From contig DAOTTC010000057.1 in the NCBI GenBank assembly GCA_034437815.1, positions 24,225 to 88,224 of the forward strand: a stretch of 64,000 bases of DNA. Direction: 5' to 3'. Under the pieces are notes generated by a model. The model worked only from the letters and a program-made list of their open reading frames with translations. It made no database searches and was not told the DNA's origin. The stretch is from Chloroflexia bacterium (GTDB lineage Bacteria > Chloroflexota > Chloroflexia > QHBQ01 > JADMIH01). The position numbers and the translations under genes were made by a program. Shown piece by piece: positions 62,991 to 64,000 of this stretch; within the stretch, counting starts at the first letter, position 1; each line of letters opens with the position of its first letter.

Positions 62991-63839
62991 TCATGCAGAT
63001 ATCCGGATCACGCGCACGACCACAGGTTCATCGCGACCCTTCAATTTTAGATTACGAACTTCGCAGTCCTCCAATCTCAGGTCAGCCACCTGATTGGTTT
63101 CTTCGCTGACCAATATCTCCCCAACCCCGGCTTCCGAGGACAGCCGCGCGGCGATATTGGCCGCATCGCCCAGCACCGCGATATCGCTCACGCTATCGCT
63201 CAAGCCAACCGCCCCCACATAAGCCGTCCCAAGATGCACCCCGACCCCCACGCCAATCCACGGGCCAGCCGGGTCCGCGTGTCCCGTCGCTCGCAACAAT
63301 GCGCGAGCGGCCTCCAGAGCTATGTGCGGGTGTGCTGGTCCGGCTATCCCCGGAACATACAGGGCAACCAGCGCGTCTCCGATGAGTCGATTGATAAGCG
63401 CATCACTTTTGCTGAGGACCTCAGTTGAGACCCGGTAGTAGCGGTTGATGAGTTGGTGAAACGCAGACGGGCCTGCCTGCTCGGCCAGTGCAGTCGAGCC
63501 ACGCACATCAGCGAAGAGTATTGTGAGTTGAAGCTCTGTTCCCACCTGATACTTCTTGACGGTTTTTTCACATCGGTTGCAAAGGCTGGGGTTAAAGGCA
63601 GAGCGGTTCCACCCCAAGAGTCCGACCACTGCACCACCAACGCCCCGAAACGGTATATTACATACCTTGCAACGCGGGTTCGTCGGTAAGCGCTTGAAAA
63701 CCCGCCGCATCATAGCCATTCTCTTGCCCTCACTACCCAGACCGGATTCATCCCCTGTCAGGTAGGCATGCCAGAGTCTGCGTGCTAAATCGGCCTGCCT
63801 GTCGGTTTGCTTTCCGGCTTCATCAATGTTATTTGCCAT
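62991..63839 (-). CDS. Class III adenylate/guanylate cyclase with N-terminal Cys4 zinc-ribbon-like segment
   Basis: The cyclase core carries the two metal-binding Asp residues in LTILFADVRGSTALAE and RLIGDALVALY. The N-terminal CKVCNIPFRG ... CNRCEK is zinc-ribbon-like. ATG 63839 has SD GGAGG 8 nt upstream. Confidence 0.8.
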   Translation of the reverse strand: MANNIDEAGKQTDRQADLARRLWHAYLTGDESGLGSEGKRMAMMRRVFKRLPTNPRCKVCNIPFRGVGGAVVGLLGWNRSAFNPSLCNRCEKTVKKYQVGTELQLTILFADVRGSTALAEQAGPSAFHQLINRYYRVSTEVLSKSDALINRLIGDALVALYVPGIAGPAHPHIALEAARALLRATGHADPAGPWIGVGVGVHLGTAYVGAVGLSDSVSDIAVLGDAANIAARLSSEAGVGEILVSEETNQVADLRLEDCEVRNLKLKGRDEPVVVRVIRISA

Positions 63840-64000
63840 GCCGTTCCCCTCCTGCCTCCAGCCCCGGCATCTTCTCGCTTCTGCCATGTCTTGCTCAGCC
63901 GTGGGGGCCTAACTTTCCATTGAGTACTTTACACTCTCCAGCAAAGTCCGGCATGTGCATTGATCAATTCCGGCGGACCGGACCGGGTGAGCATGTGAGG

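Overview
GC-rich (visibly above 60% G+C; not computed) bacterial chromosomal segment. I call 43 protein-coding genes. I found no rRNA, tRNA, CRISPR array or intact prophage by eye. Most content is housekeeping, envelope and signalling. Envelope genes include an O-antigen-ligase fragment, a GT-C-like glycosyltransferase, a DUF2723 membrane protein and a class A PBP with an Ig-like tail. Core genes include selB, mnmG, a UPF0104 membrane protein, an ABC-F ATPase, a deoxynucleoside kinase, an RmlC-like cupin, two XdhC-family genes, NAD-type isocitrate dehydrogenase, an LLM oxidoreductase and sbcD. There is a five-gene CUT1-type sugar ABC operon and a class III adenylate cyclase. Signalling genes include two PAS/GAF histidine kinases (one translationally coupled to a dynamin-like GTPase) and an ECF sigma/anti-sigma pair. 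The protein repertoire suggests a Chloroflexota-like organism, but that is inference only. Seven items deserve a second look. (1) A plus-strand cluster at 38746-44831 encodes a bacterial LIM-like/DA1-like zinc peptidase, a vWA protein, a zinc-ribbon Ser/Thr kinase and a zinc-ribbon FHA protein. (2) A family of 70-130 bp intergenic elements occurs at least 6 times, with a TGCAT-N4-ATGCA core, a hairpin that stays paired despite sequence change, and MITE-like ends. (3) A three-unit tandem array of structured repeats lies at 31140-31381. (4) A lone terminase-large-subunit-like gene has atypical Walker motifs. (5) An M1 aminopeptidase is interrupted by one in-frame TAG. (6) Short tandem duplications occur in many intergenic regions. 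(7) TAG is the most-used stop codon among the called genes. All family assignments come from motif recognition by eye; no database search was run.
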